From the NCBI GenBank assembly GCA_028871815.1, contig JAGWMJ010000001.1, positions 584,715 to 648,714 of the forward strand: a stretch of DNA of 64,000 nucleotides. The letters run 5' to 3'. The position numbers and the translations under genes are program-made. Shown here one piece after another: positions 1 to 8,992 of this stretch (position 1 is its first letter; every line of letters begins with the position of its first letter). The notes below the pieces were generated by a model. That model did no database searches, was not told where the DNA came from, and worked only from the letters and a program-made list of their open reading frames with translations. Source of the stretch: Armatimonadota bacterium (GTDB taxonomy: Bacteria > Armatimonadota > Chthonomonadetes > Chthonomonadales > Chthonomonadaceae).

Positions 1-846
1 GAGCGCCATGAATCCAGCCGTCGTGGCGTCAGCCGGGGCCGGGCTCATGAAGCGCACAGAGCCGGCCAGTTTTGCCGTTCCGCTCAAACTCCCTTCGGCA
101 GCCACTGCGCTGGTTGTGGGGTTACCATCTTTATCCACCTTGGAATCGATCTTAGCCAGCGCCGTTTCAGCAAACTGGTATCGTTCCGAACCACCGGCGG
201 CTGTCGCCGAAACCAGGGTGCCACCGTAGGTGACATCGCCCAGCCGCTTACCGAGCACGCCATCGTCAAATGCCCAGGTGTCGTTGGCGTTTAGTGGCTT
301 GTTCGGGAATATCAGCGGCATCATAAGCAGGCATATGCGCCGGATATCGAACCCGAGCTGGATGCGAACTGGCGTCGTTGTTCCGGTTTTCAGGCTGGCA
401 ATGCTGCCGTCGGCGCGAATGACTGCGGTTACGTTAAGCGTCTTTTGAATCTCATCGAGCGGAAGTGGGAATGGGATCACCGCGTCGGGGTTGACCTTGC
501 CATTATGCCCAGGATCTTTTTGCAGCAGCCCAATATCGGCGCTATCCACGGAAAAGTCGATCACCGCGCCGGCCGGCGATACGCTCTGCACGGTGGCCTT
601 GTATGTAAGTATCACGCGGATGTGGACCGGCTCTCCGCCCGGCTGCGCAAATGGTGGAATGTGACCGTTGAAAAACGCCGTCACTTTGTAGCGCCTGGTG
701 GTTCCGGCGGTAAGAGCGTACGTGAAAAGCGCCGGTACGGGCGGTGATACGCTTCCGGCGCCGCTTACGGGTATAGCAAAGCCGAGAGAAAGCAGAGTTG
801 CGAAAGTGGCGGTTAGCCGCCGCCGGGTGCGATGAACAGACTTCAG
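1..846 (-). CDS. Secreted hypothetical protein, N-terminal part; the gene continues beyond the left window edge. The start is uncertain.
   Basis: The minus-strand frame is open from about 846 to position 1 with no stop, so it is missing from the ORF track. The translation reads ...KSVHRTRRRLTATFATLLSLGFAIPVSGAGS..., a Sec-signal-like N-terminus. There is no in-frame ATG near the N-terminus. The nearest ATG (878..876) is in another frame and stops after 11 codons. A GGGGAGA Shine-Dalgarno-like box lies 5 nt upstream of a CTG at 846..844. Confidence 0.45.
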   Translation of the reverse strand, partial: MKSVHRTRRRLTATFATLLSLGFAIPVSGAGSVSPPVPALFTYALTAGTTRRYKVTAFFNGHIPPFAQPGGEPVHIRVILTYKATVQSVSPAGAVIDFSVDSADIGLLQKDPGHNGKVNPDAVIPFPLPLDEIQKTLNVTAVIRADGSIASLKTGTTTPVRIQLGFDIRRICLLMMPLIFPNKPLNANDTWAFDDGVLGKRLGDVTYGGTLVSATAAGGSERYQFAETALAKIDSKVDKDGNPTTSAVAAEGSLSGTAKLAGSVRFMSPAPADATTAGFMAL

Positions 847-921
847 TGTGATCTCCCCAGTTCTGCGATTTCATCCATCACGGCCGACGCACGCGGACGC
901 GCGCAATCAGACAATCCGTGA

Positions 922-1674
922 TTGGCTACACGAAGTATACTGAACGGTGACCGGTTTGTATTGTTACGCGATGCTATTGACTTCGGTTTCACGGTCCGGG
1001 CAGGCCATCGAAGAGGGTGGCTCCTTGTGACGTACGTGCTTGTGCGGACGGCGATCTGGCTTGCACTGCGCTGCCTCTTCCCTTTATTCGGCGGTCTTCG
1101 CATTATCGGCAGAGACCAGGTTCCGCGCAAGGGGGGCGTGATTATTGCCGCCAACCACATCAGCGATTGCGATCCGGCGGCCATCGGCATGGCGCTGCCA
1201 CGCCGGTGCTGGTTCATGGCCAAGCAGGAGCTGTTTGAGATGCCGCTGGTTGGTTGGGTGGTTCGTACGATGCACGGCCTGCCGGTGCGACGGTGGACCG
1301 CCGACCATGCCGCGCTCCAGCGCTCGATTGCGCTACTCAAGAGCGGTCAGGCCCTGGTGGTTTTTCCTGAGGGCAAGATCAGCGAAGACGGGTACTTACA
1401 GCCATTCTCACCAGGCGTTATGCTGCTTGCTGCGTACAGCGGTGCCCCAATTGTGCCGGCGCTGGTGCTTGGAACCGATGGCATTATGCCGTACGGCAAA
1501 ACGCGTCCGCAGCGCTCGCACGGCCCGGCTATTGTGGAGTTCGGCGCGCCGTGCACGCTGGATAGCCTTGCACCGGCGAGCCGCGGCGCCGAGCGATACC
1601 GGGCTGCTGCCGAGGCGCTGCGGGACGTGCTGATCCAGATGGGTGGTCGCGTGCCCGCTGATGACGCGCAGTGA
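922..1674 (+). CDS. plsC: 1-acyl-sn-glycerol-3-phosphate acyltransferase (PlsC family).
   Basis: Acyltransferase motifs NHISDCDP (the HX4D motif) and VVFPEGKIS (the FPEG motif) are present. An N-terminal membrane helix resembling other PlsC proteins begins near an internal GTG at about 1028, which may be the true start. Confidence 0.8.
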   Translation: MATRSILNGDRFVLLRDAIDFGFTVRAGHRRGWLLVTYVLVRTAIWLALRCLFPLFGGLRIIGRDQVPRKGGVIIAANHISDCDPAAIGMALPRRCWFMAKQELFEMPLVGWVVRTMHGLPVRRWTADHAALQRSIALLKSGQALVVFPEGKISEDGYLQPFSPGVMLLAAYSGAPIVPALVLGTDGIMPYGKTRPQRSHGPAIVEFGAPCTLDSLAPASRGAERYRAAAEALRDVLIQMGGRVPADDAQ

Positions 1675-1723
1675 CGGCCGCCGATTTCGCCGATGCAACA
1701 GGCGCATGCAGTGTGGTCATAAT

Positions 1724-2926
1724 ATGGACTCGGCTAAAACCGTCGTGTCTGGTGTTACGTATTCTCGGCGAAGGCCGCCACGATTGCCGGCCGGCGCCCG
1801 AATCGCAAGAGTCAAACCGTTGAAGCTGCTAACTCTCCTGAATCGCCTGGATCGCAAACTCGAACGTATCTATGAGCACGGCTTCGGCGCCCCGCGCGAT
1901 ATACGGGCGGCCGATGTGCTGAAGGAGCTGAAGCGCGCCATGGAGGCCGACCTGGCCGAAGACGCGCGTGGAAACCGGCTTGCGCCGAACGAGTACGAGG
2001 TTACGATCTACCCGCGCGGCGAGGAGGAGCGGGAAAAACTGCTGACGGTTATTACGGCCGAGAGCCTTGCCGAGGTGCTGGAGCAGACGTGCCGCGAGCG
2101 GGGGTACATCTTCGCTGGCGATTTGCGCCTGTCGGTGACGGCATCGGAGGCGCCGCCATCGCAAGGTGCAGCCAGCCTGAGTGTGAAGGCCCGGTTCAAA
2201 CGGAGTGAACCCGCGATTGCACCGGAGCCGCCGCAGAATCAGCCTGTGGGACGGTTCAGCGACCTGGATGACGACATGACGGTTGCGGCGCACGCCGGCG
2301 CCGAGGTGGTTGTGGAAGAGCCGGGTTTGCCGCCTGCCACAATCGGACTCCGCTCCGGGTCACTCACAATCGGCCGATCCCAAACCGGCAATGAACTGGT
2401 ACTGAACAGCAGCCAGGTTTCGCGGCGCCATGCGCGGATTGATCGAGAGTTGGATGGAACCTTCACGGTTCATGATCTCAAGAGCCGGAACGGCACGATC
2501 GTGAATGGCCGTCCCATCGAAGCGCGCGCGCTGGGCGACGGCGATACAATCACCATCGGTGATGTGGTGCTGCGATTTCGGCTGACGGGCCGCCGGGAGT
2601 CGCAGCTTACGGCGCCGGCAGGCGCGCCTCCGCTGGAGCTGGAATGGCGGGATGAGGCTGGTGCGCTCAACCGGCGCGTGTGCGGCTCTTCCACGCGCTT
2701 TGGCGCCGGCATCACCTGCGACGTGGTCCTGCCGGCAGCCACGCGCCAGCAGCTGGCTGAGATAACCATCGCCGATGGCTGCTACTGGGTCACCAACCTG
2801 GCGGGCGAACCCGGCGCCGTTTCGCTCAACGGCGAGCCGCTGGCTGCCAACGCGAGGCGCAGACTGGCGGCCGGCGATGAGATTGCCATGGCAGGACGCA
2901 GTTTTACGGTACAATTCGCGCGCTAA
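1724..2926 (+). CDS. FhaA-like FHA-domain protein: an N-terminal DUF3662-like domain plus a canonical FHA domain, followed by a second degenerate FHA-like region.
   Basis: The N-terminal region LKLLTLLNRLDRKLERIYEHGFGAPRDI...LAPNEYEVTIYPRGE matches the FhaA N-terminal domain pattern. The FHA core reads GRSQTGNELVLNSSQVSRRHARI...FTVHDLKSRNGTIVNG. Possible starts are the ATG at 1724 or a TTG at 1820, which sits 8 nt downstream of an AAGAG box. The track ORF start at 1643 would overlap plsC. Confidence 0.85.
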   Translation: MDSAKTVVSGVTYSRRRPPRLPAGARIARVKPLKLLTLLNRLDRKLERIYEHGFGAPRDIRAADVLKELKRAMEADLAEDARGNRLAPNEYEVTIYPRGEEEREKLLTVITAESLAEVLEQTCRERGYIFAGDLRLSVTASEAPPSQGAASLSVKARFKRSEPAIAPEPPQNQPVGRFSDLDDDMTVAAHAGAEVVVEEPGLPPATIGLRSGSLTIGRSQTGNELVLNSSQVSRRHARIDRELDGTFTVHDLKSRNGTIVNGRPIEARALGDGDTITIGDVVLRFRLTGRRESQLTAPAGAPPLELEWRDEAGALNRRVCGSSTRFGAGITCDVVLPAATRQQLAEITIADGCYWVTNLAGEPGAVSLNGEPLAANARRRLAAGDEIAMAGRSFTVQFAR

Positions 2927-3023
2927 GTCACGCCCATGCTGATTCTACTGGGCATGGCCCGGTATCTTTTTCTTCTGGCTGTTGTAGCATTCGTAGCGCT
3001 GCTGCTGGCGCTACTTCGCCGCG

Positions 3024-4727
3024 ATGAGGCATGAGGGGCTGTGTTCAAGGTTGAAACTTGTAATTGGCAGCCGAAGTGATGTTGGACGACGCCGCAGCCG
3101 CAACGAAGATGCCGTGGTGGTGCTCTCTTCGACCGAGCTTGGCGGCCATGTGGACGCGCTGGTGGTTGTTGCCGACGGAATCGGCGGCACCGGCGGCGGC
3201 GCCCAGGCCGCTCGGATTGTTGTAGATACCATCTCCGATCGTTTGAAGTCGAGCATCTCGAGTAATGCGCGGGGCGCGGTCGGCGAAGCGCTCAAGGCAT
3301 GCATCATCGAGGCGAATGCGCTGGTTCGCTCGCAGCAGAAGTCTTCGCCTGAGCTGGCGTCTATGGGCGCAACATGCGTCGCAGCCGCCGTGGTTGGCGA
3401 CCTGCTTATCGTAGCCCACGTGGGTGACAGCCGCGCCTACCTGCTCCGGGACCGGCAACTCCGGCAATTGACCGATGACCATTCCGAGGTGTGGCAGGAG
3501 GTCAAGGCCGGCGCAATGACGCCGGAGCAGGCGCGCCGCAGCGCGTTCCGCAACTCGATCACACGGGCCGTCGGGCTCGATTCGACGGTTAACCCGGACG
3601 TTGTTGAGCTGACGCTGCTTCCCGACGATACGCTTCTGTTCTGCAGCGACGGGTTGAGCTCCGAAGTGCCCGATGCCGACCTGGCTGGGTTGCTGATGGC
3701 GGCGCCACAGCCACAACTGGCATGCGACCGGCTGGTGGAGCGCGCGTTGCGTAACGGCGGGCGCGACAACGTGACGGTTGTGGTGACCCACTGCGATCAT
3801 AGCGCCTCCGACATCGAATCGGAAGCGCCAACGGTATCGCCGGTGGCGCAATCGGCCGGTGCGACGCCGGTAGAGCGCGCGCCAGCGTTTGCAGCGCCTT
3901 CCGGCGCGGCCGAGGCTGAGCCGGAAGTGCGTCGAGTGACCACCCATTTCGAGCGGCGCCGGCGGCTGACCACCACGGACGCGCCACAAGCCGTTTCGGC
4001 CCGCAGCGTGCCGCACAATCGACGCGAAAGCGGCCAACACCGCTCGCAGGCCGATCTTGCAGAGTCAGGTGATGGCGAGTCCCAGGAACCAATGGTTTTG
4101 GTGACCGGTGTGCTGGTCGGCCTGGTTTTCTTGCTCGGTCTTGTTATTGTGGCTCTCGTACTCCGCCCGAGCCTCGATGCGAATGCAATCAAGCTGCCAA
4201 CTCAAGCATCCGGGGCGATGCGATTTACCGACTTGCCGCTGAATTACCAGGATCCCGTCACACTCACGGGTAAAGCGGTTCGCTCGTCAACCCTCCTGGT
4301 AACTCCCGACGGAAGCGCCGTTGTGATCGCGCAGAACGGCGCCCGGCTTCTCGTAGGGCGTGACCGCAGCGTTGCAAAGGTAACCGGGCTGCATCTTCCG
4401 GTGGTTCCCGGCGCGGGGCAGAGTGCCGGACAAGATCGAGATGTATACCTTGTGATGGATGCGAGTGGTAACGCTTACTGCAACGACCCCATCAATCGCG
4501 TCATCGACAAGTTTGACCCTGCTGGAAAGCTCATTTCGAGCTCAATCGGCAAAGGCAAGCTGACCGCGCCGGCTGCAATCGGTGTGAACCAGTATGGCGA
4601 CCTGTTCGTTATCGATAACCACCATCTCAAGTACATTGCCGCGCAGCCGCCGCACCGCAAACCTTCGGCGAGTGATGACCTGGCCGCAGCGGTTCGCGCG
4701 ATGAATCTTCGCGAAAACCCGCACTGA
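3024..4727 (+). CDS. PP2C-family Ser/Thr protein phosphatase with a C-terminal transmembrane segment and an NHL-repeat extracytoplasmic domain.
   Basis: PPM motifs are present: RSRNEDA, VADGIGG, VAHVGDSRAYL, LLFCSDGLS and GRDNVTVVV. A transmembrane helix reads VLVTGVLVGLVFLLGLVIVALVL. The C-terminus has an NHL-like repeat, YCNDPINRVIDKFDPAGKLI...YGDLFVIDNHH. Its stop overlaps the kinase start in an ATGA arrangement. Confidence 0.85.
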   Translation: MRHEGLCSRLKLVIGSRSDVGRRRSRNEDAVVVLSSTELGGHVDALVVVADGIGGTGGGAQAARIVVDTISDRLKSSISSNARGAVGEALKACIIEANALVRSQQKSSPELASMGATCVAAAVVGDLLIVAHVGDSRAYLLRDRQLRQLTDDHSEVWQEVKAGAMTPEQARRSAFRNSITRAVGLDSTVNPDVVELTLLPDDTLLFCSDGLSSEVPDADLAGLLMAAPQPQLACDRLVERALRNGGRDNVTVVVTHCDHSASDIESEAPTVSPVAQSAGATPVERAPAFAAPSGAAEAEPEVRRVTTHFERRRRLTTTDAPQAVSARSVPHNRRESGQHRSQADLAESGDGESQEPMVLVTGVLVGLVFLLGLVIVALVLRPSLDANAIKLPTQASGAMRFTDLPLNYQDPVTLTGKAVRSSTLLVTPDGSAVVIAQNGARLLVGRDRSVAKVTGLHLPVVPGAGQSAGQDRDVYLVMDASGNAYCNDPINRVIDKFDPAGKLISSSIGKGKLTAPAAIGVNQYGDLFVIDNHHLKYIAAQPPHRKPSASDDLAAAVRAMNLRENPH

Positions 4728-6529
4728 TGGCCGGCGTTATCGAAAAGGTGGGGAAGTATGAGCTGCTGAAGGAGCTGGGCCACGGCGCGACGAGTGTTGT
4801 CTACCTGGGTCAGGATACCATTCTGCGCCGGCAGGTTGCGCTTAAGCGTATCTCGGCCGACGTGCAGGACCGCGAGAGGATTCTGGGTGAGGCCCGACTG
4901 CTTCTGGCGCTTCAACACCCCAATATTGTGCGGGTGCATTCTGCGGACGCAACCGACACGACAATTCTGATCGACATGGAGTACATCTCCGGCGGGACGG
5001 TGAAGGAGCGCCTGATCAGCGGCGGTGCAATGCCGTGGCAGAAAGCCGTCCGGATAGCCACGCAGGTGCTGGCCGCTCTGGAGTACGCGCACGGGGAGAA
5101 GGTGCTTCATCGCGATATTAAGCCCGCGAACATTCTCCTGACCGAGACTGACGACGTGCGCCTGGCCGATTTTGGCGTCGCCGAATTGGTCGCCACGCAC
5201 GGATACGCGGCCGGCGCAGGTACTTTTGCCTATATGGCGCCGGAAGATTTCGATGAGGTGAGCCACTCGGACTGCCGGTCAGACCTGTGGGCCGTTGGTA
5301 TCACGCTGTACGAAATGTTGACGCTTCAACGTCCATTTATTGTTTCCGATCCGAGGAATCTGTTTGTATGGAGCCGGGCGATACGCACGCAGATTCCGCT
5401 CCCGATTGCCGCGTTCGACCCATCGGTCCCGGCGTTGATGCAGGCCGTGCTGGACCGGGCGATGGAGCGCGATCGCAGCCTGCGATACGGTTCGGCGGCG
5501 GAGTTCAGCCGTGACCTGAATGCGCTGTTGGAGGGTAAGCCGGTTGCTCCGGCAACGATCAGTGCGTGGGAACTGCGACAGGTCGATCGCGGCAAACAGA
5601 CGCCCGCCGTTGTGATCACCACGAGAAGTGTTGCCTCTGAACCGCCATCCGCTGCCGCCAGGGCTGAACCCGGAATGCTGGTTGCCCAGGTACCGGCGAT
5701 CGAGCCTGCGACGATGGCTGCCGGAGACCGCATTGTCGATTCGGCGGCTTCGGATCCGAAAAGCACGCTGCAACGGTCCGTGCATCTGGGCGCCATTCAT
5801 GCAGGCGATACGCGTGGCCGGCTGGCATGGGTCCGGTCGCAGAGTCGAGCTGCTTCCATAGCCGAACCGGGAGCCGCCGCTGCAAAGGGCCGACCCCAGT
5901 GGCTGATCGTACAACCCGTCATCTGGCGCCGATGGGTCCGTTTGCTCTGGATCCGTGCCAGCGTGCCGGCGTACATGGCTCCGGAGGATCGGCGGTTCGA
6001 TGCCGGGTTGGCATTGCCGGGATCCCGCGCGCCGGTGGTGATCACAATGCAGGTTTTGCCTATGGAACGAAGTCTGCGTGAGGCAGCCTGGTGGTTCCTG
6101 CCACTCTTTGCGCTGGTGATGGCTCCAATGGTATCGGTGACTGTATTTCGTTCAGGCGCCATCCTCCGCAACCATCTCGAGCTGGTGGCGCCACCGATCG
6201 CCGCCGTCACGGGAGCGCTTGCCCTGATGCTGCTGCTGGTAAGCATTTCATCACATCTGGACCCTACTGCCAGCTCGGCATGCGCCTTCGCGATTCTGTG
6301 CGGTTTCGGACCTCTGGCAGCGTTTGCTTTACACTACGGCGGAGTTGGTGCAACAGCCAGCCTCCGGCATGGCCTGATGGCCGCTGTGTTGGCGGGCGGG
6401 CCACTGTTGGGTTGCTGCCTGTTACAGGTATTCTATCCTGCGCGTTGGCGGATGTGGGCGGCCGCTGTAGGCGTCGGCGCTGCCAGCGTCACGGTAGGAG
6501 CCATCGCAGCGCTCAACATGCTGCGTTAG
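4727..6529 (+). CDS. Hanks-type Ser/Thr protein kinase with a polytopic C-terminal membrane domain.
   Basis: Kinase subdomains are recognisable: LGHGATSVVY, VALKRI, HRDIKPANILL, DFGVAE, YMAPE and SDLWAVGITLYEML. The C-terminal region of about 200 aa has several hydrophobic helices. The AYMAPED motif recurs in the C-terminal region (protein ASVPAYMAPEDRRFDAG). Confidence 0.9.
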   Translation: MAGVIEKVGKYELLKELGHGATSVVYLGQDTILRRQVALKRISADVQDRERILGEARLLLALQHPNIVRVHSADATDTTILIDMEYISGGTVKERLISGGAMPWQKAVRIATQVLAALEYAHGEKVLHRDIKPANILLTETDDVRLADFGVAELVATHGYAAGAGTFAYMAPEDFDEVSHSDCRSDLWAVGITLYEMLTLQRPFIVSDPRNLFVWSRAIRTQIPLPIAAFDPSVPALMQAVLDRAMERDRSLRYGSAAEFSRDLNALLEGKPVAPATISAWELRQVDRGKQTPAVVITTRSVASEPPSAAARAEPGMLVAQVPAIEPATMAAGDRIVDSAASDPKSTLQRSVHLGAIHAGDTRGRLAWVRSQSRAASIAEPGAAAAKGRPQWLIVQPVIWRRWVRLLWIRASVPAYMAPEDRRFDAGLALPGSRAPVVITMQVLPMERSLREAAWWFLPLFALVMAPMVSVTVFRSGAILRNHLELVAPPIAAVTGALALMLLLVSISSHLDPTASSACAFAILCGFGPLAAFALHYGGVGATASLRHGLMAAVLAGGPLLGCCLLQVFYPARWRMWAAAVGVGAASVTVGAIAALNMLR

Positions 6530-6551
6530 GCCCTGATCGGAGAGCGGTTCC

Positions 6552-8075
6552 GTGCGAAAGCATCTCAATTATCTGGTATTTGGCGCGATAGTTTTGATTG
6601 TGGCGACACTCGCCATCAACCACAGCCGGCACATGCGTTACCTGGTCGACTCCATGTCGTCGCCCAACCCGCGCGTCCGGAGCAGCGCGGCGCTCGAACT
6701 CATCAACTCCGAGCAGTTTATGGACGCGATTACGGGCGAGCCCGTGCATATTCGAGAGAACGCTGCCGGTGCGCTGCGCGATCTTGGTACGGCGGCTGCA
6801 GTTACGCAGTGCATCGCGTTTCTTAAAGACGATTCGGGTCCGGTCCGCACACACCTTGCTCATGCGCTGGCTGCGATTGGCGCCAATTCACCGGCTAATA
6901 TCACGCAGCTGGCCAAGGGGCTTAACGACGGCGATAGCTACGTCCGCAAAGGGACAATCGATGCCCTTACGAACCCGCAGTGGGGTATCGGGCCGCGGCC
7001 CGGAGTGGCGGCCGGCATTGTTGCCGAGATGAAGGCCGATGCCGGCTCGCGCGGGCCCGCCGGTGACGTTCTGAGCAGTGCCGTGTTTGAAACACCCGCG
7101 GGGCGCGCACAAAGCGTCGCCTTGCTGCTGGCGCAGCTGAAAGATACCGACCCTGCGGTGCGTTCCGGCGCGGCCGACGCTCTCGGCAAAATCGGCGATC
7201 CCAGTGCTGACCCTGCGCTGATTGGACTTGTACAGCACGATGTTGCGAGTGTAGTGCGCGTCGCGATAGGCGCCTTAGCATTGATTGCTTCACCAGACGG
7301 TGAGCCGGTTTTGATCTCCGCAGTCGCCAACCCAAACGCCGACAGCAATGCGCGCGAGCAGGCGGCCGCAGGTCTCGGCAAACTGGGTGACCCAGCGGCC
7401 ATAACGGCCCTTCTGAGTGCCTTGAGCGACGACGACCTGGATCTGCGCACGGCCGCCGTGGCGGCGTTGGCCCATGCCGTGCGGCCGATGCCTCCGGCGC
7501 CAGCCGTTCAGCCTGTCTTGAAGCGGCTGATCGCCGCGCTCGCGAACAACAATAACGACTTGCGCAAGGGTGTGGCCAGCGCACTCGTGGCTGTGGATTC
7601 GCCATCCATCGATCCTGCTCTTGTGGTGGCGCTCAAGGACCCAGACCCGCGGGTACGCGCCGCTGCCGCAGTGAGCCTGGGCTTTACGGGAAACGCGCCC
7701 GCAGTTCCGGCGCTGATTGCGGCACTGTCCGACCCGGATCCTACTGGAAACACGCCGGCGGCCGCCCGTGATGCGCTTGCAGCCATTGGAACACCTGCCC
7801 TCGCACCGCTGACTACCGAAACAGCCCGCGGTGGTGTTGATGCGTGGTATGCGTCACAGGCCCTGGCTCACATGGGGGTACTGGCGCTGCCTGCCCTGCG
7901 CCGCGAAGCGGCCAACCCCGATCCCACAGCACAGCGTTGGGCCGCTGTGGCGCTGGGCGGTATGGGCCTGGCCGATGCGAAGCCAACTCTGGAGCAGTTG
8001 GCGCAGAGCTCGAATGCCGACGTACAGTACGTTGCCCGCGAGCAGCTTGCCCGGCTTGGCGCAACGCCGAATTAA
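6552..8075 (+). CDS. Membrane-anchored HEAT-repeat (PBS-lyase-type) protein; last gene of the FHA-PP2C-kinase operon.
   Basis: A GTG start lies 8 nt after a GGAGAG box. The N-terminal transmembrane helix reads LNYLVFGAIVLIVATLAI. Repeated units follow, of the form DPxVRxxAAxALGKIGDPxAxxALxxLL, as seen in HEAT/PBS lyase repeats. Confidence 0.7.
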   Translation: MRKHLNYLVFGAIVLIVATLAINHSRHMRYLVDSMSSPNPRVRSSAALELINSEQFMDAITGEPVHIRENAAGALRDLGTAAAVTQCIAFLKDDSGPVRTHLAHALAAIGANSPANITQLAKGLNDGDSYVRKGTIDALTNPQWGIGPRPGVAAGIVAEMKADAGSRGPAGDVLSSAVFETPAGRAQSVALLLAQLKDTDPAVRSGAADALGKIGDPSADPALIGLVQHDVASVVRVAIGALALIASPDGEPVLISAVANPNADSNAREQAAAGLGKLGDPAAITALLSALSDDDLDLRTAAVAALAHAVRPMPPAPAVQPVLKRLIAALANNNNDLRKGVASALVAVDSPSIDPALVVALKDPDPRVRAAAAVSLGFTGNAPAVPALIAALSDPDPTGNTPAAARDALAAIGTPALAPLTTETARGGVDAWYASQALAHMGVLALPALRREAANPDPTAQRWAAVALGGMGLADAKPTLEQLAQSSNADVQYVAREQLARLGATPN

Positions 8076-8968
8076 GCTTCCGGTCCGCTCGGCTTCCCGT
8101 TGATACGCAGCAGCTCGTGCAGCGGCGCGGTTTCTGGCGCCGGTCGAGGCAGTTGGCCGGGCTGAATTGTGTCCGCCGCCGAAGCCCGCAGCAGCTCCCG
8201 CGGTGCTCCTTCCAGCGCGGCTCGTTCCTGCACAAATGGCAGCGTTTCGCGTGCGGCGATCGTTACGGCGTCGTTGTCGAGCCGCGTGTTTCCTTTCTGG
8301 GCCAGTCGCTCCAGCACCGGTATCGCGCTGGAATCTCCCAACTGCTGAAGTGAACGAATAGCCGCCACGCGGAAGCTTCTGGCGGCCGCTCCCACGGCGT
8401 CGGCCGCGACTTGCCTCATCAGATACTTGATCCGCCCGGGTCCAAGCCGCGCGACATCCGAGTGCTTCAATGTCGGCAGGATCGTCTCGAGGCCGGCCGC
8501 CGCGACGCTTCCGAGTTGTATGTCGTTGAGACCATCGAGAACGTCAATGAGTGCGGCGGCGACGCGGGGTTCTGTTGAGTGACCGAGCAACCCGGTCAGC
8601 GCAGCCGTATCGCGGGACGCATTGCTGGCCCAAAGGCGGACTATTACGATGGAAACCGCAGCAACACCGGCAACAGAAACAACACCGAACATACCGGTGT
8701 TGGCGAATGCAATGTTGGTAACGATCAAGAGGATGGCCATCGCGCAGCAGGCCGTAACGGTGCGTTTCTGGAGTGAAGCGTGGTCGGTATGCAGAAGCTC
8801 AAGAAGCTGTCGCGTTGCCAGCTCGGCCTGCTCCGGCGTCGCGCTGTCGACACTGCGGAAGGCCGCAATCACGGCCTCACGTTGAGAATGCCGTTCGCGG
8901 GGCGCTCGAATCGCGGTTCGCGCCCGTCTACGTAACATACGGCAACTTCGGGCCCGTGGAGCGGCCAC
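8072..8968 (-). CDS. Membrane HEAT-repeat protein; divergent paralog of the two genes upstream of it.
   Basis: It has two adjacent transmembrane helices, CCAMAILLIVTNIAFANTGMFGVVSVAGVAAVSIVIV, followed by HEAT-like repeats such as AIRSLQQLGDSSAIPVLERLAQ. Its stop overlaps the convergent plus-strand gene's stop at a TTAA palindrome. Confidence 0.6.
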   Translation of the reverse strand: MAAPRARSCRMLRRRARTAIRAPRERHSQREAVIAAFRSVDSATPEQAELATRQLLELLHTDHASLQKRTVTACCAMAILLIVTNIAFANTGMFGVVSVAGVAAVSIVIVRLWASNASRDTAALTGLLGHSTEPRVAAALIDVLDGLNDIQLGSVAAAGLETILPTLKHSDVARLGPGRIKYLMRQVAADAVGAAARSFRVAAIRSLQQLGDSSAIPVLERLAQKGNTRLDNDAVTIAARETLPFVQERAALEGAPRELLRASAADTIQPGQLPRPAPETAPLHELLRINGKPSGPEA

Positions 8969-8992
8969 GATGCAGTGAGCGACGGCAAGCAG

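Noticed and set aside
445-1340. Plus ORF 445..747 and minus ORF 843..1340.
   Set aside because: Both are Arg-rich and overlap the better-supported left-edge secreted-protein frame and plsC.
1643-1723. Track start of the FHA gene at 1643.
   Set aside because: It would overlap plsC by 32 nt and adds MVACPLMTRSDGRRFRRCNRRMQCGHN, which is unlike FhaA N-termini. A later start (ATG 1724 or TTG 1820) is preferred.
2600-2926. Second FHA domain in the FhaA-like protein.
   Set aside because: The segment has an FHA-like spacing of Gly/Ser residues but lacks the conserved Arg/Ser/His triad (SRRHA equivalent). It is called only as degenerate FHA-like.
3045-4040. 331-aa minus-strand ORF.
   Set aside because: Antisense to the PP2C phosphatase gene.
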